DNA from: the human T2T-CHM13v2.0 reference genome, Homo sapiens
Assembly: GCF_009914755.1 (NCBI RefSeq)
Contig: NC_060947.1
Reading direction: 5' to 3' (one strand)
DNA: 64,000 bases
Positions 1 through 30,109 of the stretch are shown here, in pieces (positions within the stretch are counted from its first letter, which is position 1; each line of letters opens with the position of its first letter). The translations under genes were made by a program, and so were the position numbers. The notes beneath the pieces are model-generated. The model searched no databases and was not told the DNA's origin. It worked only from the letters and a program-made list of their open reading frames with translations.

Positions 1-410
1 TCCAAGCCTGTTCCCTGATGGCTCCTGATGGCCTCTGAGCCCAGTGACTATCTTGAAGCCCCACTGGCTATTCCTGTGCTTAAACTCCTTAGCCGCCAAC
101 CGGGTGGGGCCCCTTACTACTGCCAGTTTTTCCCTGTCCTTTGGGACAATTCCACAGGCGACCTGCCTGACTGACCCCCAGGGCCTATTCCCCAGCCACC
201 ATTCCAGGACACTGATTTACTGGCTTACTGTTACCTTTCAGGACCCAGTGACATTTCCCTCAATGGGAGGGGCTGTCCTGGGGTATGTACTTAGGTGGGG
301 TGAGAGCAAGTCTCCCCAGCGGCTCAGTGTTGAAAGCTGAGGAGAGGAAGTTCTGCTCCACGGGGGAGGCAGGGAGAAGCCCTCAGAGATGTTTCCCTCC
401 TCCCTTCCAG

Positions 411-581
411 GTGTTTCCCTGTTTATCCATCCCCTGCAAACTGCAGAGTGGCACTCATTGCTTGTGGACGGACCAGCTCCTCCAAGGCTCTGAAAAGGGC
501 TTCCAGTCCCGTCACCTTGCCTGCCTGCCTCGGGAGCCAGGGCTGTGCACCTGGCAGTCCCTGCGGTCCCAGATAGCCTGA
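411..581 (+). CDS. TIMP1: TIMP metallopeptidase inhibitor 1, last coding exon
   Basis: Acceptor ccctcctcccttccag|GTG at 410/411; encodes [56 protein letters not shown], the TIMP1 C-terminus. Confidence 0.98.
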   Translation: MFPCLSIPCKLQSGTHCLWTDQLLQGSEKGFQSRHLACLPREPGLCTWQSLRSQIA

Positions 582-657
582 ATCCTGCCCGGAGTGGAAG
601 CTGAAGCCTGCACAGTGTCCACCCTGTTCCCACTCCCATCTTTCTTCCGGACAATGA

Positions 658-700
658 AATAAAGAGTTACCACCCAGCAGACACTGTTTCTGTGTAGTGC
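658..700 (+). terminator. TIMP1: TIMP1 polyadenylation signal and GU-rich downstream element
   Basis: AATAAA at 658-663, followed by ctgtttctgtgtagtg about 20 nt later. Confidence 0.9.
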
Positions 701-2908
701 CTGGGAACAAACCCATGTTGCTGATGACCTGGTGTGAGCACCCTGGGACCAGTGGGGATGAGGGATGCCAAATGTTGGGTTTTTATATTTTACTTAAATT
801 CTGATGTACTGGTAGTAATTCTCAACATTGGCATTAGCACTGATGATCTGCAACAGCAGCAATGGTCACTGAACCTGCATTATCAACCGTAACCTCTGAA
901 TAATTTCTCCAGCCAATACTTTAAAACATTTTCCTATACTGATTCCTAATTGCTATTTGCCCAGGGCTTTCTAGTTATAAATTATCCCACAGCTGACAAA
1001 TCACTGCCTTACTGGAAATTCCCCATTCACACATCTTGCCAGCTGACAGAGTCATTGACAAATGCCCTACCAATTGGCAAATGACTATCATTGCCTCAAG
1101 CACAGTCCTGATGTTGTCCAGTGAGGATGCCCCATCCAAACACGTGGGTGTTACTGTCCTCATCCTCAGGTTTTGTACCATGAGTCTGACTTGAGTGAAA
1201 GGGGACCCAGGGCACCCAGAGTCCCACAGTAACCCAGCTGGGGACTTGGGAAGAAGGGGTGGCCCTGGCTCCCCAGCCATGGCTGCAGGACATTCCTTGG
1301 AAGGGACTGTTTGGGGCAGAGGAGAGGTGGGATGGAGAGAAGGTATGAGCTAAAAATCCCCAAGCTCTGCCATCCTCCCTCCCCTACTTCTCCCCTCACT
1401 CCTCTGACCAACTTGGAAGGAAATACTGACAGCAATGAAATGCAGGTAGGGTTCAAAATTAAGACCAGCCAGATATGCTGGCCCATACCCTCCACACACC
1501 TCCCTCAACCCAACTGTCCCCTCACCCAAACTAGGGTCTCTAGACTCGACCCTCACCTTTATGAATCATCCTTTCTCTAGAAAAACTGAGTGAGAGAACC
1601 TCCAAATACTCCCCTCTGAGGCCTTCCTGCTTCCACAGCGGGGTCCAGTCCCTGGCTCCTGCCCCTCATACTCCAAAGGTCTTGACTCAAGTGAGGCCCT
1701 TGGGAACTAGAATTTCAGACTGGTGCAAACATTCAATGGAGCACCTGTGTCCTCCTGACCTGAACGTGCTTGAAAAGGGCCCCAATATATCTCCTTTGGT
1801 AAAGAAAAGGACCCCCAAATTCCCTCTCATCAGAGTACCCACTGCTCTTACCAGTAAGAACCCAGGTCTCCTCCAGGGCATTCTAGGTCACCAAGCACAG
1901 CCCCCTGGATCTTCTGTGGTCCTGTCCCAGAGCCTTTTACACTCCTGGGAGGTTACCCCACGGCCCAAATTATGTCCCGGATGGGAATGGGCAGATTTTG
2001 AACACACAGTACTCAGCCACTTAAGCAGGGAATGCGCATGCAGCAACAATTTCTACATCAACATCTACACCTTGGTTACGCCCTCGGAGGGTCTGAACCT
2101 TGTCCACCGAAGGGGCCAACCGCAGCCTTTGCTGATGGGCACAACTGTAAGGTAAGGGCCCGAGCCCTGGTTCATCCCTGGTGACCTTGTCAATGTTCCC
2201 TCAGCTGCCTGCAAGAGGCTGACCGCTCCTGGCAATTCGCCAAACCTTAGTGTCAGCTACCTGCACTCTTAAGCTGCTCCCTGGCCTCAGGGCCCATTTC
2301 CTAAGTCCTCAGCTCTTCCAAGCCCTAGGGGGAAGGTGAAGTAGCAGGGGAAGGATGGAACCCAGCGTGGAGGTCGTTCTCCTGCCGACCTGTCTACCCT
2401 GCAGGTCAGCCCTTCGCCAAGTGCAATGCAGAATGGACAGGGAGGACCGGAGACCAGAACAGGTCTCAGGGGACACAGAGCCCAGAACAGCAGACGAGGC
2501 TACCTCCACCAGAGACCTGGCATGAGCTCCTGGCAGGATCTGTAACCCTGGGCTCATTACATCCCCCATTGCTCTTGTAGAACATCTGTTAAAATAGGTC
2601 AAGTGAGCATCCTCCATCCCCAGCATTCGGGGTGTCTGTGGGTGAATCTCTGGGAGAGACTCTGTGACAGCTGAGAGGAAGCTTGTAGGGGTCACAGCCA
2701 TGTGGTATTCAGCATGGGACCCAGCTCAGTGGGGAGCCTGGGGGGCCAGTCCTTCTCTCACCTGAGCCTCAGTCCTTCTCGCCATGTTTAAACATGGACG
2801 TCACAGTCCTGGCCCAGAATCCTTCAGAGGTCTGTGGTGGGGTTGGAGGATGTTTACGGGGTGTCTTTGCCCCTTGGATATTTTTGGGGGGGTCAAAACA
2901 CAGGAAAT

Positions 2909-3745
<837 letters not shown>

Positions 3746-4774
3746 GTTATGATAACTATAACTTATAACTTTAGTAGTGATTATTTATAATATTGCAAAC
3801 AATGTTTGATATTAGGCATGATAATATACGATATTGGAAATAATGTGTATGATTAGTACCAATAATTTAATGTCCATTTCTCCCCCACACCAGTCTCCTC
3901 ACCAAAATACAAGCTCCTGACCCTGCTCTGCCTGAAGGAATGGGGTAGGTCTCCGAGACCCAAAAGCTCCTGATGTGATACTAAGATCCCAGCTCTTTAC
4001 GCCATAAATGTTCCTCAGTCCCAGTGTCCCTCTCTCTTTTCCCCCTCACAGACAATCCAGTTTCCTAGTGGAGTCCTGAACCTGTGGCTCACAGAAGCAC
4101 CTGAAAATAAAGAGCAATGTGGTTAGATCCTTCTACACGCCCACCCACAACAACTGTGGCGACACCATGAGGAGAGGTTCCCCTTTAGGGATTCCTAACG
4201 GCAGGCCAGCCAACCTGTCCCCACCCTGTGTGGACTCCTCACCCTCAGGTCTCCCTCTGCACCACCCTGGAACAAAAAGTCCCCATCCCTGGAGCATTCT
4301 CCCCACGAAGAACCCCCGCCTCACAATACTATGTTCCCAACTTCAGCCCGTCACAGCAAATTCTGTCCCCAGTCCGTAGTGTTCTGAGTCTTTGAGACTT
4401 GGGGATCATAGCATGTCCTAGCCAAGGGACATATGGTCATGCTACACTGGTCCTTGGGACATGGCCTCTGTCCCTCCAGGTCCTTTGAGGGATAGAAGTC
4501 TGCACTCTGCGAGATGGGGGGTGCATCCTTGGAAGGGGCTCAGGGAGGAGCCCAGAAAGGGCTTCCTGACTTTCTATAGGAAAGGATGCGATGGGGCCTT
4601 GAGTGAGTCCCTCAGGGACTCCCGCAGCCACAGGCGTCCCCTTTGTGTTGTGGCTCACCCCTGTTCTTCCTGCCTCTTGCTCCCCTACTTCTTCTTCCTA
4701 TTCCCTGCTCCTTGTCCCCGTTGCCTACTTCCTATCCCTTGGTCCTTCTACATATTCCCTACTCTTTTGTAAAA

Positions 4775-5068
4775 TGTTTTATTTTATTTTATTTTATTTT
4801 TGAGACAGAGTCTCACTCTGTTGCCCCAGCTGGAGTGCAGTGGTGCAATCATGGTTCATTGCAACCTCAACCTCCTGGGCTCAAGTGATCCTCCCACCTC
4901 AGCCAGCTAAGTAGCTGGGACTACAGGCACATGCCACCATGCTCAGCTAATTTTTTGTAGAGACGGGGTTTCATCATGTTGCCCAGGCTGGTCCGGAACT
5001 CCTAGGCTCAAGCGATCCTCCCAGCTCAGCCTCCCAAAGTGCTGGGATTACAGGCGTGGGCCATCAGG
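4775..5068 (-). mobile_element. Alu (AluJ-like)
   Basis: T-rich tail then gagacagagtctcactctgttgcc...ctcccaaagtgctgggattaca. Confidence 0.9.
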
Positions 5069-5169
5069 CTCTGCCTGCATGTTCCCTGCTATCAAGCCCT
5101 GCTCCAGCTCCTGTTCCCACTCTTCGTGGTTCCCTTTCTGTTTCTACTCTTGTCAGAACTACATAGTTA

Positions 5170-7770
<2,601 letters not shown>

Positions 7771-7836
7771 TTATATTTTGACTTTTAGAACCACGCTAAC
7801 GTCTTACATTTAAAAATATAAAATTAAATCAGCATT

Positions 7837-9497
<1,661 letters not shown>

Positions 9498-10890
9498 ACA
9501 TATAACAATTTTATATATACACATATATGAAATTATATATATATACATAAAGAAATGAAATGTCCTAGCTGTGTACAATGAGAGGGCCTTGAAGCAAGAA
9601 CATTCCAGTAGCAATGAGTAAATCTAGTTCCCAGATCTTGGCTTTGAAATACTATTATCTTTGGGCTGGGGCCGGGAAAGAACAAGATATGCCTGGAGGT
9701 GATGTCAGCAGAAATGTAAGAGCCTGTCTTCTCCTCCTTAAAATTGCTTAAAAGCAATGAGAACACTGGCAAAAATTGTCAAAACAAACTTATCAGAACT
9801 CTGGAAATTGACCAAGGTTTACAATTCAGAAAGCATTTTTTCAAGAAAATGGCTGAATCTTGGTAACAACAGGAAGCTGTGGCATTTGAACTTCTCTTGT
9901 ACACATCCCCTTCTCCTCACCTCCACAAGAGCCTTGAAAATCAACAGCCCTGCAATTCCAGTGAAAACCAGCAGACTAGCAACCATTGGAGGAGGCAGAA
10001 CAGGGTTGGAGTTCCTCCAAAATCTCATTTCCAGAGAACTGTCTTTATTTGATCTGTCTGGCACTATCCTGAATACTCCACTCATGGGGCTCATCTGGTA
10101 TAAACAGCTTTCTCTGGGGGTGCTTTTCAGAAACAATTAGCAGCAACTGTTTAACACAGCAGTGATAACATTTAGGAAAAAACAACAAGCTTTTCAAGAA
10201 AACTTAAAAGGAAAATCTAGGTAATTATATATCCATTATCAGTCCATTATTAGGCTTTAAAAAGCTCTGACATATGCCTGGGAATCTAGAAAACCACAAA
10301 TACGCATAAGGCTGTATGTATGCCTAGGATCTCTGGCTGACCTCAAAACTCTGCACAAGCAGGAAATGAAGGATAAGGCAAAGTTGTAAACAGCCTGCCT
10401 TTGCATTAAAGGCACACCCTGACATGCACATAGAGCCCATCAGCAAAGTCTGGGAGACTTACTGGTTTCAGGTGATTTAAAGAAATATCTGTCCAATCAT
10501 TAGCTGACCACTAAGCTAACGGAGCAGAGACTTGGGTAGCCACATATGACAAAGAACACAGGCTTTACAGAATTAGTTCAGGAAGGTCACTAAAAACAAA
10601 ACAAAGCAATAAAAACAAATCCTGAGGAGGGGAGAGAACCTGATTCCCAGAGTTGCCACATTATATTATTTAAATGTCCAGTTTTCAACAAAAATGTATG
10701 AGAGATGCAAAGAAACAAAATTAAGTGTGGCCCAAACACAGGGAAAAAAGCAGTCAAACACTATCCCTGAGGAAACCCAGATGTTAGACTTAATAGGCAA
10801 AAACTGTAAATCAGTGATTTTTAATATTTTCAAAGAACTAAAGGAAACTATGTTTAAAGAACTTAAAGGAAAGGATAAAATGATATCCTA

Positions 10891-11282
<392 letters not shown>

Positions 11283-12302
11283 TCACTAGAGGGGATCAAC
11301 AGTAGCTTTGAGCTGGCAGGGTAAAGAATCAGTGAATTTGAAGACAGGTCAGGTGAGATGATCCAATCTGAGGAACAGGAAGAAGAAAAGTAAACAAAAT
11401 GAACACAGTCCTAGAGGTCTGTGGAACACCATGAAGCATATGAACACCCACATAATGGAAGTCCCAAAAGGAGAGAGAAAAGAGAGAAAAAAAGGTGCAA
11501 GAAAGACTATTTGAAGGAATAATGGCTAAAAATCCCCCCAATTTGATTTAAAGCATTAATCTATGCATTCAAGAAGTGCACTGAACTCCAACTAAGATAA
11601 ATTCAAAGAGATAGGCACCCAGACACATCATAAACTTATAAAAGCTAAAGACAGAGAGAATCTTGAAAGTAAGAGAGAAGTAACTCATCATATACAAGGA
11701 ATCCTCAATAGGATTAGCAGCTAATTTCTCATTAGAAATCTTGAAGTCAGAGGGCAGTAGGACAACATATTCAAAGTACTGAAAGAAAAAGACTGCCAAA
11801 CAAGAATTCTACATCCAGCAAAATTATCTTTCAAAAATGAAGGAGAAATTAAGACATTCACAGATAAACAAAAACTGAGATAGTTCATCACTAACAAACT
11901 TCTACAAAAAATGCTAAACGGAGTCCTTCAGGGTGAAATAAAATGATACTAGCTAGTAATGTAAATCTACATAAAGAAATAAATAGCACCTGTAAAGTTA
12001 ACTACATAGGTAAATATAAAAGACAGTATAAATGCATTTTTTTGCGTGTAACACTTTTTTACTCCTGATTTAAAAGACAACTGCATAAAGCAATAACTAT
12101 AACTATGTTCATGGGCACACAATGTGTAAAGATGTAATTTGTTTGACAATAATAGCACAAAGGAGGGATGAAGGAATAAAGTTATATAGAGGCAATTTCT
12201 TTGTATTACTGAGCTTAATTTGGTATTAATTCTAATTGGAGTAATATAAATAATGATGTTAATTGTAATACCCAAGGAAACAACTAAGAAAAAAAAAAAA
12301 CA

Positions 12303-12920
<618 letters not shown>

Positions 12921-13142
12921 AAATTTTTTAAATTAAAAAAATGAATAAAAGACATAGGGAAGAAATAACAGAAAAATTAAAAATGGTACACTAGAAAATA
13001 TCTGTTTAACTTAAAAGAAGGCATTACTAGAGGAATACAGGAACAAAAAATAAGATATAGAAAACAAATAGCAAAATTGCAAACATAAACCCTACCTTAT
13101 CAGGAATTACAATAACATAAGTTAATTAAACACTGCGATTAA

Positions 13143-13674
<532 letters not shown>

Positions 13675-13978
13675 TTAATAGGCACAGTGGATGAAAAACG
13701 TGACTTAATTATATGCTATCTGTAAGAGGCACATTTTAGATTCAAAGACCCAAATAAGTTGAAAGTAAATGGATGGAAAAAGATTTACCATGCAAACAAT
13801 AGCCAAAAGAGAGCTGGAATAGCTATACTAATATGAGGTAAAATAGAATTTAAAACAGCAATTGTTACTTGAGATAAAGAAAAATATTTTATAAGCATAA
13901 ATGGTCAATCCATCAAGAAGATTTAACAATAATAAGTATATGTGCACCTAACAACACAGCACAAAATATATGAAATAA

Positions 13979-14203
<225 letters not shown>

Positions 14204-15949
14204 TGAGTAGCTGGGACTATAGGCGTGTGCCACCATGTGGCTTTTTGTGTGTGCATGTGTATTTTTTGCAGAGTTGGGGTTTTGCCATGTAGCCCAGGAT
14301 GGTCTTGAACTCCTGCACTCAAGCAATCCACCCGCCTCAGACTCCCAAGGTGCTGGAATTAGAGGTGTGAGCTACTGTGCATGGCCAATAAGGAAGATTT
14401 GAAAAATGCTATAAACCAATTAGACCTCATAAACATCTATAGAACACTTCACCCTACAATGGCAGAATACACATTCTTCTTCAGTGCACATGGAACATTC
14501 TTCAGGACAGACTATATGTTAAGCCAGAAAACAAATCTCAGTAAATTGAAAAGGACTGAAATTATACAAAATATGTTCTCTGACCACAATGGAATGAAAT
14601 TAGACATCAAAAACAGAAGAAAATTTGAAAAATTTACAAATATGTGGAAAGTAACACACTCCTAAATAACCAATAGGTCAAAGAAGAAATCACAAGTGAA
14701 ATTAGAAGATACTTTGAGATGAATGAAAATGAACACACAACATATCAAAATGTAAGGGATGCAGTTAAAGTGGTGCTTAAAGGAGAATTCATAGTTGTAA
14801 CTGCCTATATCTAAAAAGAAGAAAGATATCAAAATCAGTAACCTAATCTTCCATTTTTTTCTAGGAAATTAGAAAGAAAAGAGCAAACTAAGTCCAAAGC
14901 AAGCACAAGGAAAAACATAATAAGAGTAGAAATAAATGACATAAAGAATTTTAAAAATAGAGAACTAATAAAACAAAAATTTGGTTCTTTGAAAAGATCA
15001 ATAAAATTGATAAACCTTTAGACTAAGAATAAAAAAGGGCAGAAAATTCTAATTACTAAAATCAGGAATGAAAGAGTGGACATACTACTGACCTTACAGA
15101 AATAAAAAGTATTATAAGAGAGTATAAGAGAGTACTGTGAACAATTATGTGCCAGTAAGTTAGAAAACCTAGATGAAATGGACAAATTCCTAGAAAGACA
15201 CAAACTACAAAAACTGACTCAGTAAGAAATGGAAAATCTCAATAGACCTATAACAAGTGAAGAGATTGATTTAGGAATAAGTAAAACTTCCTACAAAGAC
15301 ATACCCAGGACCAGATGTCTTCACTGGTGAATTCTACTAAACATTTAAAAAGAATTAATACCGACCAGGCATGGTGGCTCACACCTGTAATCCTAGCATT
15401 TTGGTAGGCCAAAGCAGGAGGATCGCTTGAGCCCAGGGGTTCAAGACCAGCCTGAGCAACACAGCAAGACCCTGTCTCAAAAAAAGAAAAAAAATTAATG
15501 CCAATCTTCACAAAATCTTCCCAAAAATAGAAGAAGGAACACTGTCCAACTTATTCTATGAGGCCAGTATTATCCTGATACCAAAACCAGAAAAAGACAT
15601 CATAAGAAAACTACAGAGCAATGTCTCTTACGAATATAGATACAATAATCCTTAACAAAATAATCACAAACTAAATCCTACAACATACAAAAAGGATTTA
15701 TACCAAGGCCAAGTGAGATTTAGCCTAGGAATGCAAATGTCTACACCTAGACACATCATAAACAAACTTATGAACGTATCAACTTGCATGAAAATCAATT
15801 AATGTACTACATACCATATTCATAGAATAAAGGACAAAATTCACACAATCATGTCAATAAACACAGAAGAAGCATTTGACAATGTCCAACATCCTTTCAC
15901 GACAAAAATACTCAACCAACTAAGAATAGAAGGAGAAATTTGTCAACAC

Positions 15950-16546
<597 letters not shown>

Positions 16547-16559
16547 CTAATGATTCAAT

Positions 16560-18680
<2,121 letters not shown>

Positions 18681-18685
18681 ATTTA

Positions 18686-18955
<270 letters not shown>

Positions 18956-19050
18956 CTATGAGAACCAGGAGAGCTGGGTCAGTGAGTCCTTCACCACGAA
19001 TCTGTAAGTTTCTGAACACCCTCACTTCCCCAAATCGCAGACTGGTTTCA

Positions 19051-19431
<381 letters not shown>

Positions 19432-19559
19432 CTACCCTCTGCCCACCTGGTGATCCCCTTTAAGCCTCTCCTACCTGTTCCCTTCTCAGCAAGGTCAGCT
19501 TGCAGCTTACCGACACAGCTCTGACAACTCCCTGGTCACCATCTCTCAGACTGCAAGCT

Positions 19560-20329
<770 letters not shown>

Positions 20330-20330
<1 letters not shown>

Positions 20331-20619
20331 GCTGGGTGTGGCGGCTCATGCCTGTAATCCCAGCACTTTGAGAGGACAAGGCAGGTAGATTGTTTGAGCC
20401 CAGAAGTTTGAGACAAACCTGGGCAACATAGTGAGGACCCCCCCCATCTCTACAAAAAACATAAAAATTAGCTAGGCATGGTGGTGCGCACCTGTAGTCT
20501 CAGCTACTTGGGAGGCTGAGGTGGGAGGATCACTTGAGCCTGAGAGGTTGCAGCTGCAGAGAGCCATGATTGTGCCAGTGCACTCCAGCCTGGGAGACAG
20601 AGCAAGACCCTGTCTGAAA

Positions 20620-20620
<1 letters not shown>
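20330..20620 (+). mobile_element. Alu (AluJ-like) with (AT)n tail
   Basis: Alu consensus. Confidence 0.9.
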
Positions 20621-20650
<30 letters not shown>

Positions 20651-20831
20651 AGTCTGACTTGTGGCATCCTGGGGTCCCTGGCTCTTTTTCTGAAGAAAAG
20701 TTGTCTCCCCACATTCCATGCCTAAGTTCTTGCCCACAGAAGGATGGGTGGGGAGGTAGGAACTTTCCCCCAGCTCTAAGGGAGAGTTCTTATGCCTTGC
20801 TCATAACACCAAGGTACCCTTCTTATACTCA

Positions 20832-20954
<123 letters not shown>

Positions 20955-21028
20955 CTACATCACACAAAAATGGCCACTCAGTTTGCAGTATGGACAACTG
21001 ACCCCCAGGTCCAAATGTCCCAACTTAC

Positions 21029-21086
21029 CTGTTCTACTTTAATGTCAATTTCTCCATGGATCTTTTTCCCTTTGAAGTATTTTGCC
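21029..21086 (-). CDS. SYN1: Synapsin I exon 2 (58 nt)
   Basis: AKYFKGKKIHGEIDIKVEQ; AG acceptor, GTAAGT donor. Confidence 0.97.
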
Positions 21087-21483
21087 CTGGAGAGGAAAAA
21101 CAACACATCTGTCAATGATGAAATCTCAGAAGGGAAGACAAAACACAGGCCCTTGACCCTTTTGCCCCTTCAATGCTACTAAAGAAACCACAAAGTGCCT
21201 TATAATTATTGAAATATTTTGAAAAAATCAAGAGTGCTTTGTGAATAATGTCTGTTGTAATCCTCATGGAGTTGCAAAAATATTAAAGGACATTGCAAAC
21301 TGTAAAATGTGGCCTTACACTGCAGAGAGCAGGTATTTCCCAAAATTTAGTCTGCTCATCACATTGTCATTGTAAATTTTTTAAAAAAACTTCACAAAAT
21401 TAGCAGCACTATGTAAATTAGAACATACTTTGAAATTGCATGGAGACCGGTAAACAGCAAAGAACCTTAGAAAACACCTATCT

Positions 21484-22272
<789 letters not shown>

Positions 22273-22785
22273 TTAGTGCCTGTGTATATGTCAGTGCCTG
22301 TGTCTGGCTGTGTGGCCTGAAGCATCTCTCTGCTCTCTGGCCCTTTCGCAAGGAGGAGCACATTCACCATGTGTGGTTGTGTGCTGTGAGAAACACAATG
22401 GCCATAGGTGGGCAGCTGCATCCGATAAGGAGGAGTGGATTGAGTGGTGCAGGCTGGGTGGCTCTAGAGAAGCCAGTGTAGCTGGCAATGATGGGGGGCA
22501 GGGAGGAATGCAGCTGAGGAGGAGAGGGAGCAACAGGAGGGAGGGGGAGTGGGAGCAGCAGTAGGAACATCACGAACTGCTATGTCATTGTCCCCGGGCC
22601 CGTCCCCAGCTGGGCTTGGTTTCCGGTGGCCTCCTCCCCCAGGCTCAAGATTTCTAGCCAACAGGCTGCTTGCTCCAGGGATGGAAGCTCATCCTCAATC
22701 AGGTTTATCATGGAAGGGGGATGAGGGGGAGAGACACTTTCAGGGCTACTGGTCACTGACACACATACAATCAGGGTCTTGGACA

Positions 22786-22786
<1 letters not shown>

Positions 22787-22824
<38 letters not shown>

Positions 22825-22904
22825 CACAAATGGACCCTGGTGACTTGACTGACATATGCAAGAGACCCCAAGTACAGCTACTTCTTTTTCCTTGCTCTCT
22901 CTCT

Positions 22905-22939
<35 letters not shown>
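22787..22939. repeat. Two (CA)n microsatellites (about 22787-22821 and 22906-22939)
   Basis: Direct read. Confidence 0.95.
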
Positions 22940-22940
<1 letters not shown>

Positions 22941-23070
22941 ATCGCTGACACTATCCCCTCAGAAGTGTTGAGAGAGAATCTCTCTCAGCCCTGCACATTT
23001 TTCATCTATAAACTGATGAGTGGGGATGATGAGGGTGTATCACTGTTTCTAAAACTTTTCTGACCATAAG

Positions 23071-28967
<5,897 letters not shown>

Positions 28968-28989
28968 AGAAGCCACAGTAAGAAATAAA

Positions 28990-29520
28990 GCTTATATAAC
29001 CCACTATATATGTATTTGCATAATAACTCATCCTATATATGTATTATATAAGACACATATGTTGTACAGCAAATATGAGAATATAGAATGTCTTATATAT
29101 TATGTAACATATAAAATGTTGTATATTACATATTATGTGTATATGTATTTAGAATGTATATAAATACATATGCATAACTGGAATTAAAGTTTCAATAGAT
29201 AATTACCTTTACTATGTGTAATGCAGTCTGATTTTTCTATGCTATTTTATTTCATTTCATGAAGAAGAACATATACATATAGATGTATTATGTACTGTAA
29301 AGCCATTGTATAACACATGTATTACATACCGTATGTCATATATAATATACATTACAGATTGTATATCTTAATGGAATAACATTATATGTTTTGCTAAACA
29401 ACAACTCCATTTACTATGTGCAATATGCTCTGTTATTCTCTATTTTTATTTATCCTACTTCAAGAAGAAAGTGAAATGCTGGTCATAAGCCAATAGGTGA
29501 CCCATAGTTTGAGAAACACC
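28990..29520. repeat. TA-rich low-complexity tract, probably including an old hAT-Charlie fragment
   Basis: Ends gacccatagtttgagaaacac; internal duplicated tttactatgtg block. Confidence 0.4.
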
Positions 29521-29525
29521 AGAGA

Positions 29526-29812
29526 GCCGGGCACGGTGGCTCAAGCCTGTAATCCCAGCACTCTGGGAGGCCGAGGTGGGTGGATCACGAGGTCAGAAGT
29601 TTGAGACCAGCCTGACCAACATGGTGAAACCCCATCTCTACGAAAAATACAAAAATTAGCCAGGCATAGTGGCATGTGCCTGTAGTCCCAGCTACTCAGG
29701 AGGCTCGCTTGAACCCAGGAGACGGAGGTTGCAGTGAGCCGAGATCGTGCCATTGCACTCCAGCCTGGGCGACAGAGCAAGACTCCGTCTCAAAAAAAAA
29801 AAAAGAAAGAAA
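29526..29812 (+). mobile_element. Alu
   Basis: Alu consensus with A-tail. Confidence 0.92.
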
Positions 29813-30109
29813 AACACAGGACAAAATTACCCACAAAATGGGGGAGATGAGTCTCAACTTAGAGTTTTCAACTTTAAACCACAGAGGAATTGAGACCCAG
29901 GAAGGAATGAGGGTGGTGAGGTTTGGTGGAAAAGGCGTCAGACTGTATTTCGGTGTACATTCCATCACAGAGTTTGCACAACTCCTGCTTTATTTGGGGC
30001 TGAAATCCCTGAAGCTAGTGTGGTTCTGAGTGTCTGCAAGTTGGTAAAACAGGTCTCTGTTCCCCACACTGAGCCTGGCGTACATACATAGGCTCTGTCC
30101 CTTTGTCCA

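Noticed and set aside
1682-2155. 157-aa ORF downstream of TIMP1
   Set aside because: Non-ATG start, no recognisable domain, no supporting gene structure
14381-14665. ORF with endonuclease-like motifs
   Set aside because: Fragment of a decayed L1 ORF2 with stops and insertions
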